From Eledone cirrhosa (lineage: Eukaryota): 64,000 bases of DNA. Positions 39,779 through 52,200 of the stretch are shown piece after piece; the first letter of the stretch is position 1, and each line of letters opens with the position of its first letter. Below the pieces are notes generated by a model that did no database searches, was not told the origin of the DNA, and saw only the letters and a program-made list of their open reading frames with translations. The position numbers and the translations under genes were made by a program. The DNA is taken from contig OZ024740.1 in NCBI GenBank assembly GCA_964016885.1, positions 333,188,001-333,252,000 on the forward strand. The letters run 5' to 3'.

Positions 39779-42700
39779 GTAGAGAACTCACATATGGCAC
39801 TGGTATATATAGATATAGCGTAGATTCAAAACAATAACATCAATAATACAATATAATGATAAAGAGGTAAAGAAGTTACGGATGTAAAAAGTAAAAAAAT
39901 AAAAAAAGTATATGAGTACAAAATACGATAGTTGATAATAGTGGTAAGTGTCTGTTTAAAGGTGGGGTAGTACTAACATGAAAAGCAACATTAGATACAT
40001 ACATACGTGGTGGTCAAAGGGTTAGAAGTAGAGAATGAGATGTAGTAACAAATGACAGATAACAGATAAAAAACAATAAATTAAAAATTCAGTGAGAGAT
40101 ACGAGGATGAGACATAAGGGGTAGGGCTGAGGATGGACAGGGAAGGGGGATTTTGATATGTGTGTGTGGTAAATGTTTAGCCTGCTGATTTTCTTATCTT
40201 AATGGGGTTGATGTGGATTTAGGGAGAGAGAGTGAAAGAAAAGTTAGGAGATTTATGATCTAGTGACCAGTCGGTCAGTTGACAGCTAATAACAGTGTCG
40301 TGGTATGTATTCCGTACAATAAAATCTGCGTTGTTCATCTCGAATTTTGGGATTGCTCGGTCGAATCATGTTGGTTTGAAATTTGTGAACTTGGTAGCTG
40401 CTTTGTGCCTACAGAAAATTGATATTTCTATTTTGCTGTTAAGCAGCATCTTATCGTACTTTAAAATATAGAATATCTCCATATTGCAAAGTCCGCAGTG
40501 GGACATTCCATTATTGTAGGCCATTGCTCCCGAGAATTTCGATTAGCTAATACCATATTCATAGTTTGTGTTCTTAAGCTGCCTAATTTTAACGGCCCGT
40601 GTTGTTGAATTCTCTAGTCTACGGTTCTTCATAAAGTGTCTGTGAACGTACCATCTTTTTTTGAATTCCCCAGCCGTGGAACCTATGTAGTTACATGTTA
40701 AGTTGCCCGAATTTATGGTACACAAGTACACCGTACTTGATTCCAGGCATCTATTTTGTAGTGGGCACTTATCTGGCAGGTGGCAGTTACAGTTGGAGGC
40801 CTTCCTGTGTGTAGGTTCTCCGTTGCGGTTTTGCATGTTGTTTTGGGTGGGTTGAGATTTAGGCCTATTACTGTTTTGTTGTAATGCGCCCTGATGTGTG
40901 TATGGTTGTGATGTTATTATGTGTTTGCGTTTTGTATTTGGTACTATGGTGTATGTTGGTAAGTTATTTTCTTTAGAGATTCTTTTGTAGTTGATTTTAT
41001 ATATGTGTGATTTTATGTTGGCTGCAGTAGAGTAAGAAAGTTTGATAGTTTTTCTGTTAAAGATTCTATGGTATTTGTGTAGTTTAGGGAAATGTTTGTC
41101 AATTATATTAACGAATGTAGAAGGTAGTTTGGTTTTTATAGAGGAGTTGAATATTGGATTGAACCATAAGTATTTCCTATCTCTGGATTTTCTATAGTTC
41201 CTTGGGGTCCCTATATTAGTATTCGGTTCAGTTATTCCTGGTGCTCGTTGTCTAATTCTAAGTTTAGTTCTATGTTTGTTATTTCTATAGGTGCGGGTTA
41301 TTCGGAGGGATATACTATGTGCTATGGAGATAATTATGGATCGAGGGTGGTTATACCTAATGTAGGCTAGATTCTCGTTATAACTAATGTAGGCTAGATT
41401 CTCGTTATTTTTATGGAAGGGCTCTACTAATCGTGTGTTTAGGTGGAGTGTTACATCTAAGTTTGTTCGTAAGTGATACCTAGGCCTAGTTTGTTGAGGG
41501 AGACTCTCATGTTTTTCCGTAATTTCTCCATGTTTTGATTATTTACGTTCTTAGCTAAAAGGAGTGTGTCGTCTCTTTAAATTCCTCCTTGGGGGTTATT
41601 AAATTCCTTATGTAAGTTATGCGCTATATATATTCCAACTATGCCTGTTACCTGAGCTGAGTCGCTATATCCCATTGTGATATCGAAGCTATTCTCTCTG
41701 TTTTTTCGTTCCCAGTAACTATTTTCGAACCTAATGATAGTTCTTCTAGTAGCTAGTATTATTTTAATTTCATCAGAGGTTAGGTCTGAGTTTTTCTGGG
41801 CAAAGGCTAGCGCTTTATCTAGGGTGACTGGGGAGATGGATGAGTAGTAGTCGTTAATGTCAAACTGTACGAAGTTGGATGTTTCCCTACTGTCTATTTT
41901 GGTGAACCAGTCTTTTGCTTCGTTAGCGTGATTACTAGTGTGTCCCTGATTTGTGCTATTACTCTATCTCGTATATACTTGCTAATTCTACCTATATCCA
42001 ACTTCGATGGGCATATTAATCTAATGTGGGGTCAGTTTCGAAATTATGTTGATGATCCTCTAGGTTTCAAGTGGTTAGAGGCTCGGTTCTATCAGATATT
42101 TTCAGTTTATTTACTATGTTAAGTCCTTCCCTATTAATGCTAGTGAGTGTAGATTCTGTAGTTTTCTTGTATCTTTTGTGTAATTCACGGCGTATAAAGG
42201 TATTGTATGTATTAAGGCTCATGGTGTATACGTTTGATGTTTTGTCCGCCTTTACTATAATACCGTTGGTGTTGCGTAGTTTCTTCAGTGGTGCATTGAT
42301 GTCGTTTTGCAGTTTGTTGTAACCCGTAGGTTTTTTTAATTTGGTTCCACTTATCATGTTCATGAGATCGAGTTCGAAGGCATCAAGCTGGGGGTTATTC
42401 GGTAGATTTTTGCAGGATTTGAATCCATATTTTTTACTAGTAAATTCCTCTGTGCTATTAGCGTGTCCTTTATCGTAATGATAGGCCTTCCATCGGATTC
42501 GACAGATGAAATCATTAGTACGCTGTATCATGCCGAGTGTATAGTCCTTGTTTGTAGGTATAGATATGTTTTTTAAGGACATGCCTATGTGGTGCTTTTC
42601 TATGTTAATGCAGTGCGTTAAGGTTGTTGTTCAACCAAGTGGGAGATGGGTATATGGGATAACAATTTATCGTTATAGGTAATCGAGTTAGAGGTTGTGA

Positions 42701-42873
42701 GTACTCTGTATTGTGTATAGTTTTAACGTACGGCTTTTTTTGACTCAACAATATGTTTCCATAGTTAGGTAGCGAGTTAACGAGAATTCCTATGCAGGTT
42801 ATACTTGCAGTAATAATAGTGAAATATTGAAGAATAACATGGACGGCTGTACAACAAGGGGCTTTATTTCAAG

Positions 42874-42982
42874 TATTAACAATTGTTTCATTGATCAGGT
42901 GAATCTAAAGGTCGTTGATCACTCGAAGTTGCGCCACTCGACTTTAAATACAGTGTTTACCTCTGATCAAATCCTCAGAATA
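42874..42982 (-). ncRNA. Hammerhead ribozyme with extended helix II (upstream pLTR)
   Basis: Minus strand: tatt-CTGAGGA-t-ttgatcag...ctgatcaa-t-GAAAC-aatt-GTT-aata. Confidence 0.78.
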
Positions 42983-43217
42983 GTAGAGAACTCACATATG
43001 ACACTGGTATATATAGATACAGCGTAGAATCAAAACAAAAACATCAATAATAAAATATAATGATAAAGAGGTAAAGTACAGAATATTATAGTTGCTAATA
43101 GTGCTGGCGGTGAGTAAGTGTCTGTAAAAAGATGTGAGAGTGGAGGTAATACTAACATGAAAAGCATATATATATATATATAGTTGTATGTAAGTATCTA
43201 TCTCTCTTTATATATAT

Positions 43218-43265
<48 letters not shown>

Positions 43266-43363
43266 ATATATATATATAGTAATAATAATAAATATATACA
43301 TATTTATATATATATACATATATATATGTGTGTGGGGGTGAGTATGAATATATATATATATAT

Positions 43364-43770
43364 TTGTCCCATAAGGGGGGATTGCCTCATGAAAAACATC
43401 GTATATGCATGTGACGTAACCACACACAACTCTACCAAAACATATATAGGAGCAACGTCCAATACATTTAAAACTAGATTTAACGCGCATATTTACACAT
43501 TTAGACACGATAGACATAAGAATGCCACCTCACTGGCGGTATACATCTCCTTTTTAAAAAATAATAGTACCCCATACAAACTTTTTGGAGGAAGCTTACT
43601 AGATCCACGCCATACCGACCGCAGAGCGGGAGTTGTGACCTGTGTTTACTGGAATGCCATGCCATAATACACTCTAAACTGAACCTGCTTAACAGGAAAT
43701 CGGAAATGTTCTCCTCTTGCCAACACAAAATCCTGAGTTCCTTCTTCTATTTTAAACCTAGCACATAGAC
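43364..43770 (+). pseudogene. PLE GIY-YIG endonuclease fragment
   Basis: [33 protein letters not shown], then a frameshift to CDLCLLE...LLNRKSEMFSSCQH. Confidence 0.85.
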
Positions 43771-45895
43771 GTAACATATATCACGCAACCCCCACCTAGA
43801 CTATAGCTCCCCCCTCCCCCCAACCCGTAACCCAGATAGATAGGTACCCTAAGGGTGGAACAGTCCCCTACAAGGTTGGTGTTTTTGCGTGTGTGTGTAT
43901 GTGTGTGTTTGTGTGTGTGTGTGTGTGTGTATTCTCCTTTTCTCTCTCACACACACACACACAGACATATGTGTGTATGTGTGTGTGCGTACGTGTGTGC
44001 ATGCATGCATGCATGCATGCATGTGTGCGTGCATTGTATACATGTATATTGTATATATATATATGTATATTGTATGCATGTGTATTATATTGTGTGTATG
44101 TGTATATGTGATGTGTATGTGTATATATGTATGCGTATGTGTGTGTATGTGTATGTGTGTGTGTATGATGTGTGTATATATGTGTATATGTATGTATATT
44201 TTTTCTGTAGAAATCTTCTCTATATATGGTGTTTGGCATGAATTCCTCCTATAATACTCTTCTTTGAGAGGAGCACGATATGTAGAGTAACACATATGTA
44301 TTGTCGAAGTTGAAACTGAGAACCACCACCCTGCTGACCCAAATATTTACTGAGGACCAGAACACCATTATCCGCAATATAAGAGAGGAATGCGCCTACC
44401 GGACTATTGATGACCATAACATTACATTCCAAGGTAATGGCAAAACACAGTGAATGCTATACACGACCAGAACACCACAACATGCACATCGGAGCAACAC
44501 AGATATAATATCAATAGGCGAATCAATTGAATTTTTTTAGTTGAAATACATATAAATATGTGTCTGTGTGTATCGGACACACGTACACATAAAGAAACTG
44601 CTGACTTAAATGTACCTGTCATGCCTGTCTGAATTCCTAAGAGAATTTTCGGTGAGTTACTATCTTGACCGATTAACCCCACAATTACTACGTAGCGGTT
44701 CTTGCACGTGACTGCTGGACCCGGATGAAACGAAGACGAAGAATTTCCTTACGTACCGTTTTGTACCACAGATGCGATCTCACTCTGCCTAGTTAATTTT
44801 CTATCAACACCAAAGTTCTACGTTCGGGGCAATAGAATTGAATCCAACCACCGACAACATAGTTGGAAGACCGATAATCACACCAAACCGGAGTACTGTG
44901 ATCCTTGTGATTTCGAGATATACAAACACTGACACTGTCACGAAGTCCAGAAAACCATACTCCATACTATTGAACCAAGTGATTGATTTGTGCGATCTAA
45001 ATAACACCACACACATATTGAACTAGGAATATTGGATCCTCCGTCAGTGTCTGGGTGAGCAAAAATAGATTTCTATCTGCATTGGAATTTACGAACTTGT
45101 GCATCTGCTGTGGTGTCAAAAACAAACGCACATGACCGCACAGATAAACAATGGACTATGACACGTGGCTTGAACCTGTAAGTGAATTGAAGGTTCTGTA
45201 ACTCTGATATACAGATTATTTATTATTAAGATGTATAAACTTGACATAACTATTATCATCTTATATTCTCTCAACTAATCACATTTGATCATATTTCTCT
45301 ATCCCGTTTTCTCCCCCCATAATAATAATATTTTTATTTGAAAAAATCGGTTTTTTTACATTGTGTTTTCCCCTTTAAATACTTGCTTATATTTCTTTAT
45401 ATATTCTCTATATATTTTTTTTATATATATATTTTTTATCTTTATTCTTATTTTCACTTTTATCCTCCTTTATATTTTACTTTATTCTTACTTGTATACC
45501 TTATTATAGTGTAATCTTCCCCATGCCTTATTATACATTATTAATTATAGATTATTATTACTCTTTATTATTATTATTACTCTTTTTCCATTTCTAATTA
45601 CCTCATGTACTTTCTCCTCCGTTATATATATATATATAATGTATGCCCTTTGTGTTTGTGTAGCCTCTGCACACCCTCTGCACCCTACTATCGACGCCAC
45701 CCCATATATGGTTCAGCTAACCACTCGACTCCCGGGAATGAATATGACCGCAGATAGTAAACAAGGACCCACACCCCACCCTCCCGCACCAAAATTAGAC
45801 TTATCGTCCCCTACATTTGCTCTTTACTCTCTTTACTCTTTGTTCTTGAATGTTTGGTTGGTAGAGTCCATAACACCAATCAAACCCCTTTTATA

Positions 45896-45940
45896 GCTCT
45901 GACGAATCCTACGGTTACGTAAGGAAGAAACATTGTAAGC
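45896..45940 (+). ncRNA. Minimal type I hammerhead ribozyme
   Basis: gct-CTGACGA-a-tcctacg-gtta-cgta(a)gga-a-GAAAC-att-GTA-agc, followed by AATAAA. Confidence 0.8.
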
Positions 45941-45984
45941 CAATAAAAAAATCTGTTGATGTTGTAGACGCTCTTGTGTTCTTT

Positions 45985-46037
<53 letters not shown>

Positions 46038-46201
46038 TATTAAGGATACTATTTTTGGTTATGTATATACTAAAACCTTTTATAGATATATATATTTTAA
46101 ACCCTAAATAGTGAAAGACAGTAATTTATTACTATCTTATTACCAGTAAGATAAATTGCTCAATGTAACAACATCAGTTGTTTTACAGAGCAGTTATATA
46201 G

Positions 46202-46807
46202 AAATTACATGAATCAAAGTTCTGTTTAAATCATTTATTTGCTTACAATTGTTTCTTCCAAACCGAGGTTTGGAGTCTTCGGAGCAATTATTCAGTGAAT
46301 TTTACATACTTGACCTCCTTTCCAACACCAAAGACATATAGAAACATATGTATATATTGACCCACAGTGGGTTGACATCCATTATAATAATATAGCATGG
46401 CAATTTACATACAAAGAATACAGTCATATTAAACGACAAAATTAAAGTTAAAATTAAAATTTAAATTTAAATAAAACATTGGCAGTTTGCCAATGTTTTA
46501 TTTTAATTTTAATTTTAATTTTAATTTTAATTTTAATTTTAATTTTAATTTTAATTTTAACTTTAATTTTGTCCTTTAATATGACTGTAATCTTTGTATG
46601 TATATTGCCATGCTATATTATTATAATGGATGTCAACCCACTGTGGGTCAATATATAAATATGTTTCTATATGTCTCTTGTGTTGGAAAGGAGGTCAAGT
46701 ATGTAAAAAATCACTGAATAATTGCTCCGAAGATACGAAACCTCGGTTTGGAAGAAACAATTGTAAGCAAATAAATCATTTAAACAGAACTTTGATTCAT
46801 GTAATTT
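46202..46807. repeat. Fold-back palindrome, ~285 bp arms, centre TTGGCA-GTT-TGCCAA, with (TTTTAA)n expansion in the right arm
   Basis: 46202-46484 is the reverse complement of 46488-46807. Confidence 0.95.
46239..46287 (-). ncRNA. Hammerhead motif with CCGAAGA core (mirror copy on + at 46722-46770)
   Basis: Minus strand: ttgct-CCGAAGA-c-tccaaac-ctcg-gtttgga-a-GAAAC-aatt-GTA-agcaa. Confidence 0.72.
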
Positions 46808-46876
<69 letters not shown>

Positions 46877-47051
46877 ACCGTTACTTTTGGAAGACATCAG
46901 GATAGTTACTCCAAATACTTGTCGAGTGCTTTATATATATATATATATATATATCACGATAAATTCACGGAGGCATAGGCCCTCGCTATTCCCTGTAAAT
47001 AATGTGCTCAAAGGAGAAGAGATCCTGAGCTCTTTAAAATACAATATATAC

Positions 47052-47763
47052 AGAAGTTAACACACCAGAGAGAGAGATATAGTGCGTTATCAATAATACA
47101 GGGACAAAACCACCAGTGTATGGAATCTATAACCTATGAAAGGCAGACTATAGACACGATAATTAAAAATATAAATTAAAGCGTTAATAAATACCTCTAT
47201 AACTATATCACACACGTACAAATCCAAAGATATGTTTCACAAAAAATTGTTGAAAGAAATGGTCTAGTCTCGGTTCATCAGCGTGTGTAAGGCCATACAT
47301 TTCAGACAACACTAAGAGAATTTTAAAATTGACTGTCCAGCTACACGTGGGAGAGGGAAGTCACAGCGTGTTTAAGGGCAGTGAACCAGTGGCCTCTGAG
47401 GGGCGAACTGCTAGAAAGGGCAGCCCAAAGCCACTGCCCTTAAACAAGCTGTGACTTCCCTCTCCCACGTGTAGCTGGACAGTCAATTTTAAAATTCTCT
47501 TAGTGTTGTCTGAAATGTATGGCCTTACACACGCTGATGAACCGAGACTAGACCATTTCTTTCAACAATTTTTTGTGAAACATATCTTTGGATTTGTACG
47601 TGTGTGATATAGTTATAGAGGTATTTATTTACGCTTTAATTTATATTTTTCATTATCGTGTCTATAGTCTGCCTTTCATAGGTTATAGATTCCATACACT
47701 GGTGGTTTTGTCCCTGTATTATTGATAACGCACTATATCTCTCTCTCTGGTGTGTTAACTTCT
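47052..47763. repeat. Fold-back palindrome, ~330 bp arms, ~47 nt loop
   Basis: 47052-47384 is the reverse complement of 47432-47763 with few mismatches. Confidence 0.95.
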
Positions 47764-48021
47764 TAACATATTGTGTATATATATATATATATACTCACTT
47801 ACTTCCCCTGAAACCACCCTCTAATTAGTAAGGTAAATCTGTCCATTGGCGGCCATCTTGTTACCCATAGGCAGATCTCACACAATGCTGCCTCGAGAGA
47901 AGAACACTGCTCCACTATGGCAGACAATTGATATACCCAGGTCACCATAGTGAAATACCAACATATGAAACATTACATTTATGTAACATTTTTTCCTTAT
48001 TTTAATTTATATCCCTTTTGA

Positions 48022-48142
48022 AGTCCCGATGAGCTGCTCTATGTCTACCTATGTTAATTATTTTCAACTGAACCAGATCAATAATGATTTATAATCACAT
48101 GATCCAGAAATATTATATGGAGTAGCGAAACAATTGTAAGCT
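48022..48142 (+). ncRNA. Hammerhead motif with long helix II insertion
   Basis: CCGATGA-gctgctctat...(~75 nt)...atggagtagc-GAAAC-aatt-GTA-agct. Helix I is imperfect. Confidence 0.6.
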
Positions 48143-48385
48143 GACATTATTATTATTAATATTATTATTATTATTCTCTACATTCTTTACAGCAAACTAA
48201 AATATGTTGACAATCTTTTAATAATGTCTTCCTTGTGAACTTTGTGGTCTTATTTAGCTTAACTAATGAATATATATATATGTATGTATATATATATATA
48301 TATACATACTCTCTCACACACACACACAAATATATTAAATTAAAAAGGATAAATTAAGAAAACAAACCATATTATGGTAACTACC

Positions 48386-48466
48386 AACATCCAGACAGTA
48401 TTTGGTATAACTCTTCCGCAGCCAAGTGCTGAGAATTATTAATCCATATGCTCGTCAGTGGATGTT
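48386..48466 (-). ncRNA. Degenerate hammerhead motif
   Basis: Minus strand: aacatcca-CTGACGA-...-(C)AAAT-act-GTC-tggatgtt. Helix I is a perfect 8 bp; the GAAA box is mutated. Confidence 0.5.
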
Positions 48467-48626
48467 CAGATCAATAATCTCAACACTACTAAATATCTTA
48501 GAAGACTGGATACCACGCGCGTGTTAAGAGAGAACAACGCACGTGTTATCCCGTACCTAGTGGGTTTAGCAGATCGTAGGCTGCCAAGAAAAATAGCAGC
48601 CAGATCACTCGACATTATAGCTCAAC

Positions 48627-48945
48627 AAATTTATAGCAGCCGACAAAAGTATATATTGAGTTAAATGCTCACAGATGTCCCCTGTCATTAAAATAGATCC
48701 AGGAAATGTTCTTCATTTATCCTTTTAATTGAGTCTAGCGAACCCTATTATCCTTAGTTTATAATTTCTTCACCCTGGCGGTATACGTCACTTGTGAGTT
48801 GAACGCATATATGTATATATCTGTGATTTCCTCTCCCTTTATTATAGTAAACGGCCCGGAATAACTTTTCCTGGGGCTATTTTAATAACAGGAGACAACT
48901 GTGAATTTTTAACACAATATATACTTGTGTCGACTCCTATAAATT
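48627..48945. repeat. Diverged inverted repeat (~87 bp arms)
   Basis: 48627-48714 approximates the reverse complement of 48859-48945. Confidence 0.75.
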
Positions 48946-49039
48946 ATATATATATATATATGCGCGTGTGTGAGTGTGTGTGCGTGTGTGTGTGTATGTG
49001 TGTGTGTGTGCGTGCGTACGTGTGTGTGGCTATTTGTGT

Positions 49040-49230
49040 GAAGGCACATGACTTAGTGGTTAGACTGTTCGATGTGTAATCGAGAGGATGTGAATTCGAT
49101 GCCTCAACCGGGTGATGCACTGTGTCCTTGATCAAGAATCGGCGCCTGCCTTTTCGTTGAACAACAGCTGTGACAGGAAGAGGGGAGCTGTTATGCATGA
49201 GAGACAGCAGATCTTCAACAAACACCCTGC
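49040..49230 (+). mobile_element. tRNA-derived SINE fragment
   Basis: A-box-like TGACTTAGTGG, B-box-like GAATTCGATGCC, then a TGTGTCCTTG core. Confidence 0.6.
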
Positions 49231-52200
49231 ATTTATCCTATATACATATAAAGGGTAAAACGTAAATACCCCTTTCTGTCACACGTATCCATATGCCGTA
49301 TTGAGTTATATCCTCTACTTTATTTCACAGAACTAAGGCAGTGGTTTAACAACTACTCTACGTGATCTCTTCAGACAAAAATCCAAACGAGATGTAAATA
49401 CCCATTGATATGTTACGGGTCATACGTGTTATTCACTTCGCAGACCATTAACCATATGACCGAAAGTTTCAAGTAGCAGTTTATATATGTGTGGGAGATA
49501 GATATTCAAATTGGTGTTGTTGCTTATAAACTGGTTAATGTATCAAGTTAACAGATTGGTCGCTTGATTCATATTTTGGCATATATGAATTGTTAGTCTA
49601 TATTTTATTTTTTTCATACTAGATTTTATTCACTTAATTTTAGATATTTGTACTATGCGAAGTAAATAACATATATGGCCGATAGCATATAAATATTGCT
49701 TACTATTATAATTATTATTATTATTATTATTTATATATATACGAGATGGCAACATGAAAGGATCATTTTTTCCGATTCCAATCCAATTGACTCTTCAATC
49801 TTTCTAATTTCTCATTTATTCTTCTGATGAAGGATTAGCGTCCTAAACTTTAAGACCCTTTTCCTGCTATTTCAAGCATTAACCTAATACATTCCTTCCA
49901 TATAGCGTACATATTGTGTTGTTATTTCTGCTTACCTTTTACACACACATACACACAACACACACACACATACACACACACACACGTACGCACGCAAACA
50001 CACACACACATATATATAATTATCTTCGACTAAACATATTGGCAAGTAACCTATGCCTTTTCAGTCTAGAATGTTACTCGAGAATTGAGTGACTACAATG
50101 CATATATGTATGCATGGCACCGTAACACTTGAAAATGTTGTACCCCCCCCCCCCCCTCATTGGTGTACGGTTCAATATAACCCAACTCTAGTTGTAAATT
50201 CAGAAACTTTTTTTTTCTGGGGAAGGATAGAGAATGAAAAAATGGAATTGAGGAAGAGATATAGAAGAAAAATCGTTCCTAGTACGGAACTTTTACTTTT
50301 TTCTCGAGCTCCCATGTATGAAAGGCAAATTTGATCCCAGTGAGCAGAGGCGTTGTAGCTACACTACCAATTCGCTGGTTGACTGCCCTCCATAGGGAAT
50401 CTCACATATGGAAGGATATATCTGAAATGCGCAAAATGTTTTGTACTTATATATTCTCTTTATTTACTCCCTGTGGAATGTTATCTATATATCAGATAAC
50501 TAGTTTGGAAATGTGAGTAACGTTCCCTGGGAGCAATTAATTTTGAAAACAAGATATATTTTCAAACCTGCACATAACAAAATTTGTTAAATGAACTTCC
50601 ACTTTTCAATTGAGGGTAGGAACCGTCTTTTAAATTAAATAAATTCATGATACATAAACCGTTACACAAACGCATTCAGTATTTGGCCGTCTGATTTCGA
50701 TATCAGTAAGTATAACATTAAGTACCATTTCTTCAATAAACTTTCTGAAGTGTCAGTGGATCCTTCCCATTTAAGCCTATGAAATTTGGAATTCACGATA
50801 AATAATGCAATGAGGAGGAAGACAAGCTAGTAAACTGCTATCGCATTTCAAGAGTGCAAATAATATTGCAGTTTCCTCAGCATGGTGTGTATTGAATATG
50901 TGATAACACTGAAGGATTTATTCAGTGACCTATCTGCATTTTAAGCTTATAGAGCAGTTAATGCCAATGCTACAAGATTTTTCTTTTAATGCCATTACAT
51001 TTTCTTGACATTTACTTTAAAGCAAACATAGCAAGACATCTTATGTGTTATTCTGAATATAAATGTGTAAGGGCTAAAATGAATGCAAGAAAATTATTTA
51101 AATGATGGTGTATTTTGCCTTCATTTCAGTATTGATCAGGGCAATATGTCTCTGTATATTATGACAAGAAATTGGTGTATATGATATTAATCCCAAATGT
51201 GTGTTTTTTTTCTTTCTTTTATTGTTATCGGCACTACATCAGCTTTAGCTATACTCTTCTCAGCTTGAACGATATTTAATGGCATCACAGATGCAGTTGA
51301 TTTATCAGCTACTATTACTAAATTTTGTCCTCATTCCCTGATAGTGAGGAATGCAGTAGAGTTATAACATTTTGTTTAATTCTGCTACATTTAGATAGTA
51401 TTTCGTAATGGTTGCATAATCAGCTTCAGAATGATTTCTCAAGTTAATAACTAAATGGCATACGGCAGATAATACAAGAGAATACTCTCCCTTAACAGGG
51501 AATAAAGTCTCGTTCCTAATGTATTTTATTACAGTCTCATTATACCATTTTACTTCACAAAAATATATAATCTTTGGATCAAGGTCAATGTTTGTAATAT
51601 ATAACCAAATCGAATTTCACTATTCACTAGAGTGTAACGTAAATTTTATTTCCCTATTCATTGAATTGTTTCATCCTGGTAATCTTTTTCGAAAAACTAA
51701 GTAGGACAATGTAATCATATGAATTATGTTGTTTCACTTCTTATTTACTTCGTTTTTATATACGTGTAATCGGTATTCCAACAACTCGTACATTCCCATC
51801 GTTTTTTTCTTTTTGGTGGGCGGTTACGCAGAAAATTCTGATATATCTATGCACATATATCACATTTATAAATAATCCTTGTATGCCATGGGCTATCATA
51901 TGTAGGTTCAGTCGATTCTGTTGTGGCTTGATCCAAATTTTGTAAACGGTGCAATGTTTATATATAATAAAGAATTATTGTCAAATATAAATATAAAACA
52001 GGATATTGTATATTCGACCATGTGTCTTTTAATATTAGTTACGAATGATTTAAATCTGAATTTAAACATTTATACACCTTCTATACCAAATGAATTAACG
52101 AACACTACTACGGGGCTAGACTATTTAATCTACCTAATTCTACCACTTCCATTATGTAACACATCATTAACACTCCTAGTTATGATCGCATTTCATTCAT

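Larger units (their letters stand above)
39616..43166 (-). mobile_element. Full-structure PLE with direct pseudo-LTRs (39616-39987 and 42816-43166), coding region decayed
   Basis: Minus strand: SLKNISIP..RIRWKAYHY, VKADKTSNVY, FVQFDINDYYSSI, FDITMG, GGI*RDD (YRDD-type), CNC..CPLQNRC and YIGSTAGEFKKRW. Both pLTRs carry an HHR. Confidence 0.9.

Noticed and set aside
49820-49856. HHR-like CTGATGA-agga..tcc-TAAAC
   Set aside because: The GAAA box and cleavage triplet are corrupted. It is likely a relic but too degenerate to call.
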